Positions 8,684 to 16,459 of a DNA stretch of 64,000 nucleotides are shown here, piece after piece (the first letter of the stretch is position 1; each line of letters starts with the position of its first letter). The stretch spans positions 2,378-66,377 of the forward strand of contig JBNJDU010000001.1 in the NCBI GenBank assembly GCA_051745165.1. The letters are read 5' to 3'. The notes under the pieces are model-generated. The model was not told the origin of the DNA and made no database searches. It saw only the letters and a list, made by a program, of their open reading frames with translations. This DNA is from Patescibacteria group bacterium. GTDB taxonomy: Bacteria > Patescibacteriota > Minisyncoccia > Minisyncoccales > PWPS01. A program made the translations under genes and the position numbers.

Positions 8684-9316
8684 GTGGGAGAAGTACCTTT
8701 AAAAGTTAAAGAAATTATGAGAGTTGCAGACATGGGTGTCGCTAGGAAATGTGATGAAGAAGATGAGAAGGTTGCTATTCAGTTGGTGGAGACGATAAAG
8801 TTAATAGAACATTCGCTTTTTCATGAAGGGATTAATATTAATTTTTTTGAAGAGGTTAATTCTTGGGGGATAGAGGCTACTTATCACTCTGAAACAATGG
8901 AATACGATATTTATGTTCCGGAGTTAGCTAATAAACTACAGAATGTTTCCGCTCTTTTTCCTGACAAGTTTCTATTAGAAAGCTTGAATAAAAAGTTAAT
9001 TTTCATAGCAGCACATAAGATTAGACACAGGATTCAGGTAGAAGAAGGGATTAATCTAATTACTCCGAATTACAGATCAGAAGACACTTTACTTAACAGT
9101 ATTATCAGAACTATCAGAGATAATGCTGAGCATAATGAATGTAGTTGCTGCTTTTTAGAAAACCCTGAAAGGTACAGAATTATGGAATTCGACGCAATGA
9201 TTTTACAGCATTATATTTTATCTAAAATAGGGGAGATAGATAAATATAAAAAAATCTCTGAAATCCCTCGCTTTATATGGACTTCAATTGCTAATGATTT
9301 ATTAATTGAAGGATAA
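8684..9316 (+). CDS. hypothetical protein, paralog of 19426..19989, with a degenerate HKIRHRIQ motif
   Basis: GTG start 8 nt after GGAGG. It aligns with the other copy: LESL...AAHKIRHRIQveeGINLitPN...EFDAmI...PRFI vs LESIvFHEIRHRVQgsGIDLfnPN...EFDAqF...PRFI. Confidence 0.6.
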   Translation: MGEVPLKVKEIMRVADMGVARKCDEEDEKVAIQLVETIKLIEHSLFHEGININFFEEVNSWGIEATYHSETMEYDIYVPELANKLQNVSALFPDKFLLESLNKKLIFIAAHKIRHRIQVEEGINLITPNYRSEDTLLNSIIRTIRDNAEHNECSCCFLENPERYRIMEFDAMILQHYILSKIGEIDKYKKISEIPRFIWTSIANDLLIEG

Positions 9317-9324
9317 AAAGTAAG

Positions 9325-9353
9325 AGCGCCGTAAAATTACGGCGCTTTTTTTT
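9325..9353. terminator. bidirectional intrinsic terminator
   Basis: AGCGCCGTAA-aa-TTACGGCGCT followed by T8. Confidence 0.75.
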
Positions 9354-9681
9354 ATTCAATCTTCGACACAAGTTTCTTTTTCATTCTTCTTAATTCATTT
9401 ATCTTTCTTATCTCTTCTTTTTGAAAGTTCTTGTAGAGAACTAATTGGTTTAAAGCCTTCAATTCTTTTTTTGATAATACTTCTAAAATCTCTTCTTCTT
9501 TCTCTTTTATTTTATTAAATTCTTCTAAATTAGTGTTATTAGTAGAAAGTATTTGAATTCGAAATGAAATGAAATGCAAGATGTAATTTAAAATACGAAT
9601 TTCTCTAGAAGATAGTTCATCTTTACTCTTAATCCTTTTTAATTCCTCTCTCATAGAAGAAATGTGAGTAGATACCTTCAT
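9352..9681 (-). CDS. hypothetical 109-aa coiled-coil protein
   Basis: GAGGAGGTG SD lies 8 nt before the ATG. The protein is charged and helical with no recognised motif. Confidence 0.5.
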   Translation of the reverse strand: MKVSTHISSMREELKRIKSKDELSSREIRILNYILHFISFRIQILSTNNTNLEEFNKIKEKEEEILEVLSKKELKALNQLVLYKNFQKEEIRKINELRRMKKKLVSKIE

Positions 9682-9828
9682 TTAAAACACCTCCTCTAAC
9701 TAATTATTTTGTCGAAGATTTTTTTAAAGGTTCTATTTCAATTTTATATTATTGTTAATTTTTTACAAGTCACTTTGCTAACTAAACTTATTTTTATTAT
9801 AATTAATTAATATATAAAATATTATAAA

Positions 9829-10680
9829 ATGAAAAAAGAAAACAACTCTTATTATATAAAACAAAAAGAGGAAACTATTAGAGATGTTGAGCAGATATTA
9901 AAAAAACTTGATATCTCTAAAAAACCACAACTTAATGAATTTGAAGATTTGTTTAATCAAACAACTAATGAAGTAGTAGAAAGCTGGAGGACAAATAGAA
10001 AATATTGCCGAACTGTTTTTATCCAAAAAGCGTTTAGAGAAAAATTTCCACAAGACTATTTAAGATTTTCTCTATCGATAGATGTGATGGTAAATATTTT
10101 AGATGATTTTTTAGATGAGGAGCTAAGTGATAAAAAAAAGAAGAATTATGTAATTGAATTTCTTAGGAATTTTTCTTTTTATAATTATCAAAACAGTCCA
10201 AGAGAACTAACTAGGGAAGTTGGTTTGTATATGAATAAATTAATAACTCTTGCCTTTTCCGAAAAACAATTTCAGGAACAAATTAAAAAATTTGATAATT
10301 TAAAAAAAATAATTGATGACTCGGTAGATCTCTTAAAGCTTAGAAGTATGGATATTGACATATTTACTAAGATAGCCCTTATAAATATAAAGCAAGAAAA
10401 TGAAAAAATAATTAGAATGTCTAGACTGTTTCGTTCTTTAAACATTTTAAAGAAAGATATTGTTGATATTCCGCATGACAGGAAAAATAACATGGAGTCA
10501 GTAGTTACTATTGTTTTAGATAAAGGAATTAATTTTGATAATTATATAAATAAAGTAACTAACAAAAAAATTAGGCAAGCAAAAGATAATTTAAATAAAT
10601 CAAATATAATTTTGGCTAACTTTTACAAAATGATAGAAGAAGAAAAGAATGATATTGATAAACTTGTAAATAGCTTATGA
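9829..10680 (+). CDS. hypothetical protein with isoprenoid-synthase-like Asp-rich motifs
   Basis: NILDDFLDEE (aa 89-98), DDSVD (163-167) and LNILKKDIVDIPHD (204-217). The last resembles the phytoene/squalene-synthase LTNILRDVGED region. The protein is about 283 aa. Confidence 0.5.
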   Translation: MKKENNSYYIKQKEETIRDVEQILKKLDISKKPQLNEFEDLFNQTTNEVVESWRTNRKYCRTVFIQKAFREKFPQDYLRFSLSIDVMVNILDDFLDEELSDKKKKNYVIEFLRNFSFYNYQNSPRELTREVGLYMNKLITLAFSEKQFQEQIKKFDNLKKIIDDSVDLLKLRSMDIDIFTKIALINIKQENEKIIRMSRLFRSLNILKKDIVDIPHDRKNNMESVVTIVLDKGINFDNYINKVTNKKIRQAKDNLNKSNIILANFYKMIEEEKNDIDKLVNSL

Positions 10681-12341
10681 AAAACTTAATTATACCATTA
10701 CAAATAATTCAAATATCAGTAGTATTGATTAATGCTTTAAGTTTGTGGCTAGTCTTTTTAATCAATAAAAAGACAGAAAAAACTCGCATAGCTCAACTTT
10801 TTACTTTGATGATTGCCTTAATGCTTATCTGGGTAGATTTTGCTTTTCTTTCTAGAGTTATGCCGGAAAATAATGGGCTTACCTTTATTAGACTAGCATG
10901 GTCTATAACACCTCTATTTTTTATACTTATATATTTTTTTATTGAACAGTTACTAGGTTCTGAGCTTAAATTTAATATTTGGAAAAAGGGAATGCTTTTA
11001 ATCGGACTGGTTAATATCCCTTTTGTTTTTTTCACTCCCTTAGTAATAAAAAAAATATCTCTTATTCAGGAAGGGATAATTGATATTTCTTATGGAGGTT
11101 GGGAATGGGTCTTTTTTGGGCAGGTTTTATTGTGTAGTTTTTTGATCATTTATACCTTAATAAAATATTTAAATAAAAAAAGCAAAAAAAGTGATAAGGT
11201 TGTAGTTAAGTATCTTCTTCTTGGGTTTTCTATTTTCCTGCTAATGAATAGTATTTTTAATATAGCGCTTCCAATATTTTTTAAAAATTTTAATTTGTAT
11301 GCTTTTGGAGATTATTCAACCATTATATTTTTATCATTTATAGCTTATGCAATAACTAAAAAGAATTTATTTGGAATAAAAGTTGTTCTATCAACTATGG
11401 CAGTTGGTTTTATTGCTATTCTACTTTTAGCTGATTTTGTTGCATTTACTACTGATGTTTGGTGGGTGAGGGCAGTTAAGTTATTAATATTTATTTCTTT
11501 TGTTTATTTTGGAAAAGTATTAATTAAAAGTGTGACAAAAGAAATAGAAAGAAGAGAAGAATTAGAAGAATTAAGTGATGAGCTTGTAGATACAAATATA
11601 AAATTGAAAGAAGCAAACAAGAAGCTTAAAAAACTGGATAAAGCAAAATCAGAGTTTATTTCTATTGCTTCTCATCAATTAAGAACTCCGTTAACTGCAA
11701 TTAAAGGTTATCTTTCTATGATTGTAGAGGGTAGTTATGGTGAGATTCCTGATGAAGCAAAAGAAAAGATGGAGAGTGTATTGGGTAGTAGTGAGAGGTT
11801 AATTAATTTAGTTAATGATCTACTTAATGTATCCAGAATTGAAAGTGGAAAGATTGATATGAATTTTGAAAAAATAAATTTAAATCAATTTATTAAAGAA
11901 TCGATTAAAGAACTTGAAATTGTAGCTGAAGAAGAGGGTCTTTATCTTAATTTTAAAGCTGACACAGAATTAACAGCAGAAATGGATGAAAAAAGAATGA
12001 GGCAGGTTGTTTTAAATATAATTGATAACGCTATTAAATACACAGAAGAAGGAGGGATAACTATTAGACTAAAGGAGCAAAAACTAGAATCCGGGAAAGA
12101 TGCAGCTCTTATTGAGATTGAGGATACTGGCAAGGGAATGACCCAAAAAGATATAGATAGCATCTTTGAGAGCTTCTCACGAGGTAGTGCTGGAGATTTA
12201 ATGTATACTGAGGGGGCAGGTTTGGGATTATATATTGCTAGAAAGTTTGTTGATATGCATAATGGATCTATTTGGATAGAGTCAGATGGAGAAGATGAGG
12301 GAACTTGCTTTTTTATTGAATTACCTCTGAAGCAGTCTTAA
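10677..12341 (+). CDS. sensor histidine kinase with a multi-TM N-terminal sensor
   Basis: About 8 TM helices and a coiled coil, H-box SIASHQLRTPL, N-box IIDNAIKYT, G1 DTGKGM and G2 GAGLGL. An ATGA overlap joins it to the upstream ORF. Confidence 0.85.
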   Translation: MKNLIIPLQIIQISVVLINALSLWLVFLINKKTEKTRIAQLFTLMIALMLIWVDFAFLSRVMPENNGLTFIRLAWSITPLFFILIYFFIEQLLGSELKFNIWKKGMLLIGLVNIPFVFFTPLVIKKISLIQEGIIDISYGGWEWVFFGQVLLCSFLIIYTLIKYLNKKSKKSDKVVVKYLLLGFSIFLLMNSIFNIALPIFFKNFNLYAFGDYSTIIFLSFIAYAITKKNLFGIKVVLSTMAVGFIAILLLADFVAFTTDVWWVRAVKLLIFISFVYFGKVLIKSVTKEIERREELEELSDELVDTNIKLKEANKKLKKLDKAKSEFISIASHQLRTPLTAIKGYLSMIVEGSYGEIPDEAKEKMESVLGSSERLINLVNDLLNVSRIESGKIDMNFEKINLNQFIKESIKELEIVAEEEGLYLNFKADTELTAEMDEKRMRQVVLNIIDNAIKYTEEGGITIRLKEQKLESGKDAALIEIEDTGKGMTQKDIDSIFESFSRGSAGDLMYTEGAGLGLYIARKFVDMHNGSIWIESDGEDEGTCFFIELPLKQS

Positions 12342-12345
12342 ATAA

Positions 12346-12374
12346 TTGACAAAAAGGGTAAAAAATGATTAAAT
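12346..12374 (+). promoter_or_regulatory. candidate promoter TTGACA-17-TTAAAT (TGa extended -10)
   Basis: Read directly. It is interleaved with the kinase terminator hairpin AAACCTC-N8-GGGGTTT (12375..12396). Confidence 0.45.
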
Positions 12375-12443
12375 AAACCTCATAAAGGAGGGGTTTTTGT
12401 TCTTTAAAATATTAAATTGAATAGATTGTAAAATTAATGAGGG

Positions 12444-13328
12444 GTGATACTTGTGAGTATTGAAAAGAAAGTGACAAAGAACTGTTGGATTAACGGACAA
12501 GGACAAGTTGTTTTTTCTAGAAAAAGTGGTGAATCAACAAAAAAAGTAGTTTTGGAGACAATTGAAGACGCCATCTCTCAAAACTATCATATTTTAGATT
12601 CACTTTTTATTGAATTTCTTGAAAATTATGAAGTAACTCAAGTACAATTTGGGGAAATATCTGTAATGCGAGACATCTTGGATAATATTCAAGAAAATAT
12701 AACAGAGATGGCAGGAGGAATAGATCCAGAAAAAGTAAATTTGTCATATTTAGTTAAAGATTTAAAAAATTCTAGAAACAGACATAAAGTCAGAATTTAT
12801 TCACTTTTAGAGGGTGATTCTCAGACAATGAATGAGCTAGCTATTGCGCATAAATCTGTTGTAAAAAGAATTGAGCAGTTACAAGGAATTATAAAAGGAA
12901 CTCTAATTCAGACTAGAAACTTATTGGAGATTAGAGATGATTGTGAAGAAAAGATAACCTATGCTCATTATGTGTTAGCTACTTATGAATTAAATTTGAG
13001 AAAGGCAAAGACAGTTTCTGGAAGTGAAAAAGAAAAAATTATTTCTAAAGCTGTTCGTGACATTGCTGGGAAGGGAGCAAATAAAGTAATCTTTGCTTTA
13101 GATGCAGCAACCCCAGTTAATCCTTATAAGGAAAGAATTGAGTCTAGAGAAATTAAAAAACTTTTAGAATTGGAATCTTATTTTGAAGATTGGAAAAGGG
13201 GTGAAGTTAGTTTTAGAGATATTATTCGATTAATATCTCATGCTCGTGGAAAATTAAAAAGAATCGTTAGAAAAAATAATGATTTTCAAGGCATAAAGAA
13301 ATTTACCGGAGGTGATTTAATTGGCTGA
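12444..13328 (+). CDS. hypothetical helical protein (first gene of a three-gene cassette)
   Basis: 294-aa ORF. The likelier start is GTG 12453, 8 nt after GAGGGG. No recognised motif. Confidence 0.55.
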   Translation: MILVSIEKKVTKNCWINGQGQVVFSRKSGESTKKVVLETIEDAISQNYHILDSLFIEFLENYEVTQVQFGEISVMRDILDNIQENITEMAGGIDPEKVNLSYLVKDLKNSRNRHKVRIYSLLEGDSQTMNELAIAHKSVVKRIEQLQGIIKGTLIQTRNLLEIRDDCEEKITYAHYVLATYELNLRKAKTVSGSEKEKIISKAVRDIAGKGANKVIFALDAATPVNPYKERIESREIKKLLELESYFEDWKRGEVSFRDIIRLISHARGKLKRIVRKNNDFQGIKKFTGGDLIG

Positions 13329-13590
13329 AAAGAAATATTATTGTATTGAAGGAACAATTGAATTTAAAAGTGGAAATTGGAAAACTAGGGCTGAGGATAA
13401 ATTTAGTGATTCAGAAAGACATCTTCAGGCTTATAGCTTAAAACAGGCTACCTTCCTTTTTGCTAAGAGGTTTACTGAAAAATTAGGAAGGAAAGTATTT
13501 ATTGGAAATGCTGATATTTTTGAAGTCGAACCACCTACAAAGCAAAGTAAGAGTAAAGACAAAAAACAACTTAAACTTTTTGATTTGTAG
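13321..13590 (+). CDS. hypothetical 89-aa protein ending in QLKLFDL
   Basis: TTG start 5 nt after GGAGGTGA, which lies inside the upstream gene's 3' end. A Lys/Ser-rich linker precedes the C-terminal QLKLF. Confidence 0.55.
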   Translation: MAEKKYYCIEGTIEFKSGNWKTRAEDKFSDSERHLQAYSLKQATFLFAKRFTEKLGRKVFIGNADIFEVEPPTKQSKSKDKKQLKLFDL

Positions 13591-13599
13591 GGAGGGATT

Positions 13600-13728
13600 G
13601 TGTTGAAGAAGAAGCCGTTGATTGAAAAGTGTGAAGCTCCAATGAGCGTTTGTTTATCTCAGGAGAGTTGTGATGAATACAGATCTATTCATAAGCAGAA
13701 AGCTATTAAAAAGAATAAGCGCGGTTAA
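13600..13728 (+). CDS. hypothetical 42-aa Cys-containing basic peptide
   Basis: Not in the ORF track because it is under 60 aa. GTG starts 4 nt after GGGAGGG. Sequence MLKKKPLIEKCEAPMSVCLSQESCDEYRSIHKQKAIKKNKRG. The stop lies inside the terminator stem. Confidence 0.4.
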   Translation: MLKKKPLIEKCEAPMSVCLSQESCDEYRSIHKQKAIKKNKRG

Positions 13729-13742
13729 AACCGCGCTTTTAT
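13719..13742 (+). terminator. intrinsic terminator of the three-gene cassette
   Basis: GCGCGGTT-aa-AACCGCGC followed by a T-run. Confidence 0.7.
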
Positions 13743-13745
13743 TAT

Positions 13746-13780
13746 AAAAAAAAGAAGCCCATTTTTTAATGGGCTTTTAT
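13746..13780. terminator. intrinsic terminator for the minus-strand gene 13784..14677
   Basis: AGCCCATT-tttt-AATGGGCT with an A8 run on the plus side, which is the T-run on the minus strand. Confidence 0.65.
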
Positions 13781-13783
13781 AGT

Positions 13784-14677
13784 TTAAAAGTTCACTTGAA
13801 TAGAGTCATTTTCTTCTAGTCTTACTTTCTTTGTTTCTAAATATAATTCAATAGTAATATAATCACCATCTTCATCAATTATATGTCCTTCTGCAACCGG
13901 AACTCTTCCTCCTTCAGATCCGGACTTGTAAATGGTAATCTCACGACCAATTCTAAATCGGGAAGAATCTCTAATTACTTTAGCTATAAGAAATTGCTCG
14001 ATATTATAAGGAGCAATTTCTACTATTCTTGCATTTTCTTTTTCATTTTCAATCGTTAAGTCTTCAATTTCAGATATAGTGATCAAGGACAACTCTTCAA
14101 CTGCTGGGTTAATTACATCGTCTGCGATATCTGTCATTTTTTCTGAGAATACATTTTTTCTATTAATTCGAACTCTACCAATTGAGAATGTTTCTTCCTT
14201 CTTTACATTAAAACCTGTCTTAATATTTCCACTCCTAAGATCTACAACTCTAGCATTTACTTCAATTTCAACCGCTACTTTGTTTACACCAATATTAATC
14301 TTATGGCTTTTTTTCTCATCGCTAAATACTGAAATTGAAAGTGTTTTAACTTCCTCTACCTTTAAATCAACTAGGCGAGGAAGGATTAAAAAATCTGCCC
14401 CAAGATTTCTTCTAAGACTTTTGCGATCATTTCTAGAAAGTGACCTTTCTCTTAACAGGTCAATCCTTCTAAGTCTTTCTTTGACCTGAAATACATCTCG
14501 GTCAAAATGAGTTATGACATAATCTAAATACTTATTATTTAAATCATCTCTAAACTCTCTAAAATCTGAGTCAGTTTCAAACTCGGCAATTGCTATCGAG
14601 CTGGCTGTTACCTGACTGCTTAGACCAAAAAACAAACCAATTACGAGTAAAAATACAGTAATTTTCTTTAATTTCAT
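13784..14677 (-). CDS. secreted or lipid-anchored hypothetical protein
   Basis: Start taken at ATG 14677, 9 nt after AAGGAG. Signal peptide MKLKKITVFLLVIGLFFGLSS. IAIAEFE...GADFLILPRLVDLKVEE loosely recalls CsgG/LpoB-type periplasmic domains; this is weak. Confidence 0.5.
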   Translation of the reverse strand: MKLKKITVFLLVIGLFFGLSSQVTASSIAIAEFETDSDFREFRDDLNNKYLDYVITHFDRDVFQVKERLRRIDLLRERSLSRNDRKSLRRNLGADFLILPRLVDLKVEEVKTLSISVFSDEKKSHKINIGVNKVAVEIEVNARVVDLRSGNIKTGFNVKKEETFSIGRVRINRKNVFSEKMTDIADDVINPAVEELSLITISEIEDLTIENEKENARIVEIAPYNIEQFLIAKVIRDSSRFRIGREITIYKSGSEGGRVPVAEGHIIDEDGDYITIELYLETKKVRLEENDSIQVNF

Positions 14678-14811
14678 CTCAATCAACTCCTTTTATTTTT
14701 AGTGAACTATTTTTATTATACTAATTATTAATAATTATGTCATTATATATTGAAAAAATAATTAGAAAGAGTTAAACTAAAATAAGTATTAATCATAAAA
14801 AAAATAATATT

Positions 14812-15216
14812 ATGGCTGAAAGATCATTAGTAAGAACAATTTATCTTTATCTTTTTGCAGGAATAGGATTGATCCTTTTAATTATTGGTGTTGTTAGGTT
14901 TATCGACATGGGGTTAAAAGCAACAATCTTTAAAGAAGCGCAATCCGTGGAAAGACTTGAACAAAGTAATTATTATTCAAGACCTTATCCAACTATTGAC
15001 TTTGAAAGATACGAAGATGAAGAGGAGGTAACAGAAGAAGAGTTAGAATCACTTAGATCCATGATTGAAGATTATGAAGAACAAGAAGAAAAGTGGGGAA
15101 ATGCTGATCGTTACTTAGCTAAAAAACAAGAAGAAGCTTCTTATAATTTAGCTTTCATTCTTGTTGGTTTTCCACTTTATTTATATCACTGGAAGACAAT
15201 TAAAAAAGATAACTAA
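14812..15216 (+). CDS. hypothetical two-TM protein with an acidic loop
   Basis: 134-aa ORF with TM helices at both ends and a Glu-rich centre. Confidence 0.45.
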   Translation: MAERSLVRTIYLYLFAGIGLILLIIGVVRFIDMGLKATIFKEAQSVERLEQSNYYSRPYPTIDFERYEDEEEVTEEELESLRSMIEDYEEQEEKWGNADRYLAKKQEEASYNLAFILVGFPLYLYHWKTIKKDN

Positions 15217-15228
15217 AGAGCTGATATA

Positions 15229-15260
15229 AAAAAAGAGCCTGGAAACGGGCTCTTTTTTTA
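15229..15260 (+). terminator. intrinsic terminator
   Basis: AAAAAGAGCC-tggaaac-GGGCTCTTTTTTT. Confidence 0.7.
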
Positions 15261-15454
15261 TATAGAGGTTTGCTGTATAATAGAAAAAGATAAAATAACT
15301 AAATAACTCTATTTTTAGATTTTTAGAAAAACTAATAACTCTTTTTGCAATTGGATTCTTTTTAGTTTTTTTTAGTGTTTTTGTTTTAGATGCAGAAATT
15401 CCTGAAGAATATATTCCGACTCAATTATACGAAAACGATTTTCAACAAATAGAT

Positions 15455-16357
15455 ATGGAAGTTCCTGAATTGGCAGATTTTGAAGATGGAGTAGCTGATG
15501 AAGGTGATGTTCCTGATTTTAACAATACTGAAGATGGAATTATTAATGAAGAAGAAGCTGTTAATAATGATGACACTAATCAGGGTAATGATTTTAATGA
15601 TTATATCCCAGAAGATCTTCAGGAATATGAAAATCAATTTGAAGAAAGAGATAATACTGAAAGTGAAGATGTTAATGAGGAAAATAGTTCAGAAAAAGAG
15701 CAAAAATTAAATAGAAAAGAAATAATTGAATTAACTAATGCAAGGCGAGAGAAAAACGGATTAAAGGAGCTATCAGAGAATTCCTCACTTAATTTAGCAG
15801 CTCAAAAAAAGGCGGAAGATATGTTTGAGCGACAATATTTTGCTCACACCTCTCCAACAGGAGAAGAAGCAGCTGATTTAGTTGAGGAGTTTGATTATTC
15901 TTATATTTTAGTAGGTGAAAATTTAGCTAAAGGAACTTTTCAAAGTAATTATGACCTTATAGAAGGGTGGATGAACAGCCCTGACCATAGAGAGAATATT
16001 TTAAAAGAAGGTTATGAAGAGATCGGAATTGGTATAAAAAAAGATATTTATGAAGGCCAGGAGATGTGGATGGCGGTTCAAATTTTTGGAACTTCCAGCT
16101 CTTCTTGTCCGGAACCGGATAGTTATCTCTTAAAAACAATTGAAAAGACTGAAGAGTCTTTAGATGATTTAAAAACGGAAATAGAAGAAATTGATGAAAA
16201 CATTGATACTTACTCTGGATCAGAGTATAGTAGAGAGATTGAAAAAAGAAATGAACTAGCTGATCAATATAATTATTTACGCGAACAGCTACAAACTTTA
16301 ATTGCTGAATATAACAAACAGGTTGAAAAAAGAAATGATTGTGTAGAAAATTATTAA
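15455..16357 (+). CDS. CAP/SCP/PR1-like (YkwD-type) domain protein; the true start is probably upstream
   Basis: NARREKNGLKEL...AQKKAEDM...YFAHTSP...GENLAKG...WMNSPDHRENIL...EIGIG. The frame is open back to 15299 and encodes a TM helix there, but has no ATG/GTG/TTG. Confidence 0.7.
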   Translation: MEVPELADFEDGVADEGDVPDFNNTEDGIINEEEAVNNDDTNQGNDFNDYIPEDLQEYENQFEERDNTESEDVNEENSSEKEQKLNRKEIIELTNARREKNGLKELSENSSLNLAAQKKAEDMFERQYFAHTSPTGEEAADLVEEFDYSYILVGENLAKGTFQSNYDLIEGWMNSPDHRENILKEGYEEIGIGIKKDIYEGQEMWMAVQIFGTSSSSCPEPDSYLLKTIEKTEESLDDLKTEIEEIDENIDTYSGSEYSREIEKRNELADQYNYLREQLQTLIAEYNKQVEKRNDCVENY

Positions 16358-16459
16358 AACTATTTTTAATCCGTCTTTCTTAAGGCGGATTTTAATTTGG
16401 GTAATTAATTATATTGAGATAAATTATTTAAAGACCTGAATTTTTGCAGTAAAATATTT

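Noticed and set aside
12386-12420. An SD-like AAGGAGG followed by a 7-codon TTG ORF (MFFKILN) in the leader of the three-gene cassette
   Set aside because: The AAGGAGG is part of the kinase terminator stem-loop. The TTG start and tiny ORF have no support, and the predicted TSS falls inside the hairpin.
14079-14489. Antisense or alternative-frame ORFs in the track. Examples: 14079..14489, 494..766, 1280..1618, 4074..4580, 8307..8531, 15498..15710, 38752..39101, 48487..49019, 53387..53920, 56300..56644, 60515..61109
   Set aside because: Each lies inside a longer ORF with clear family motifs on the other strand or frame. Their products are low-complexity Ser/Leu/Phe/Ile-rich sequences typical of shadow ORFs in AT-rich DNA.
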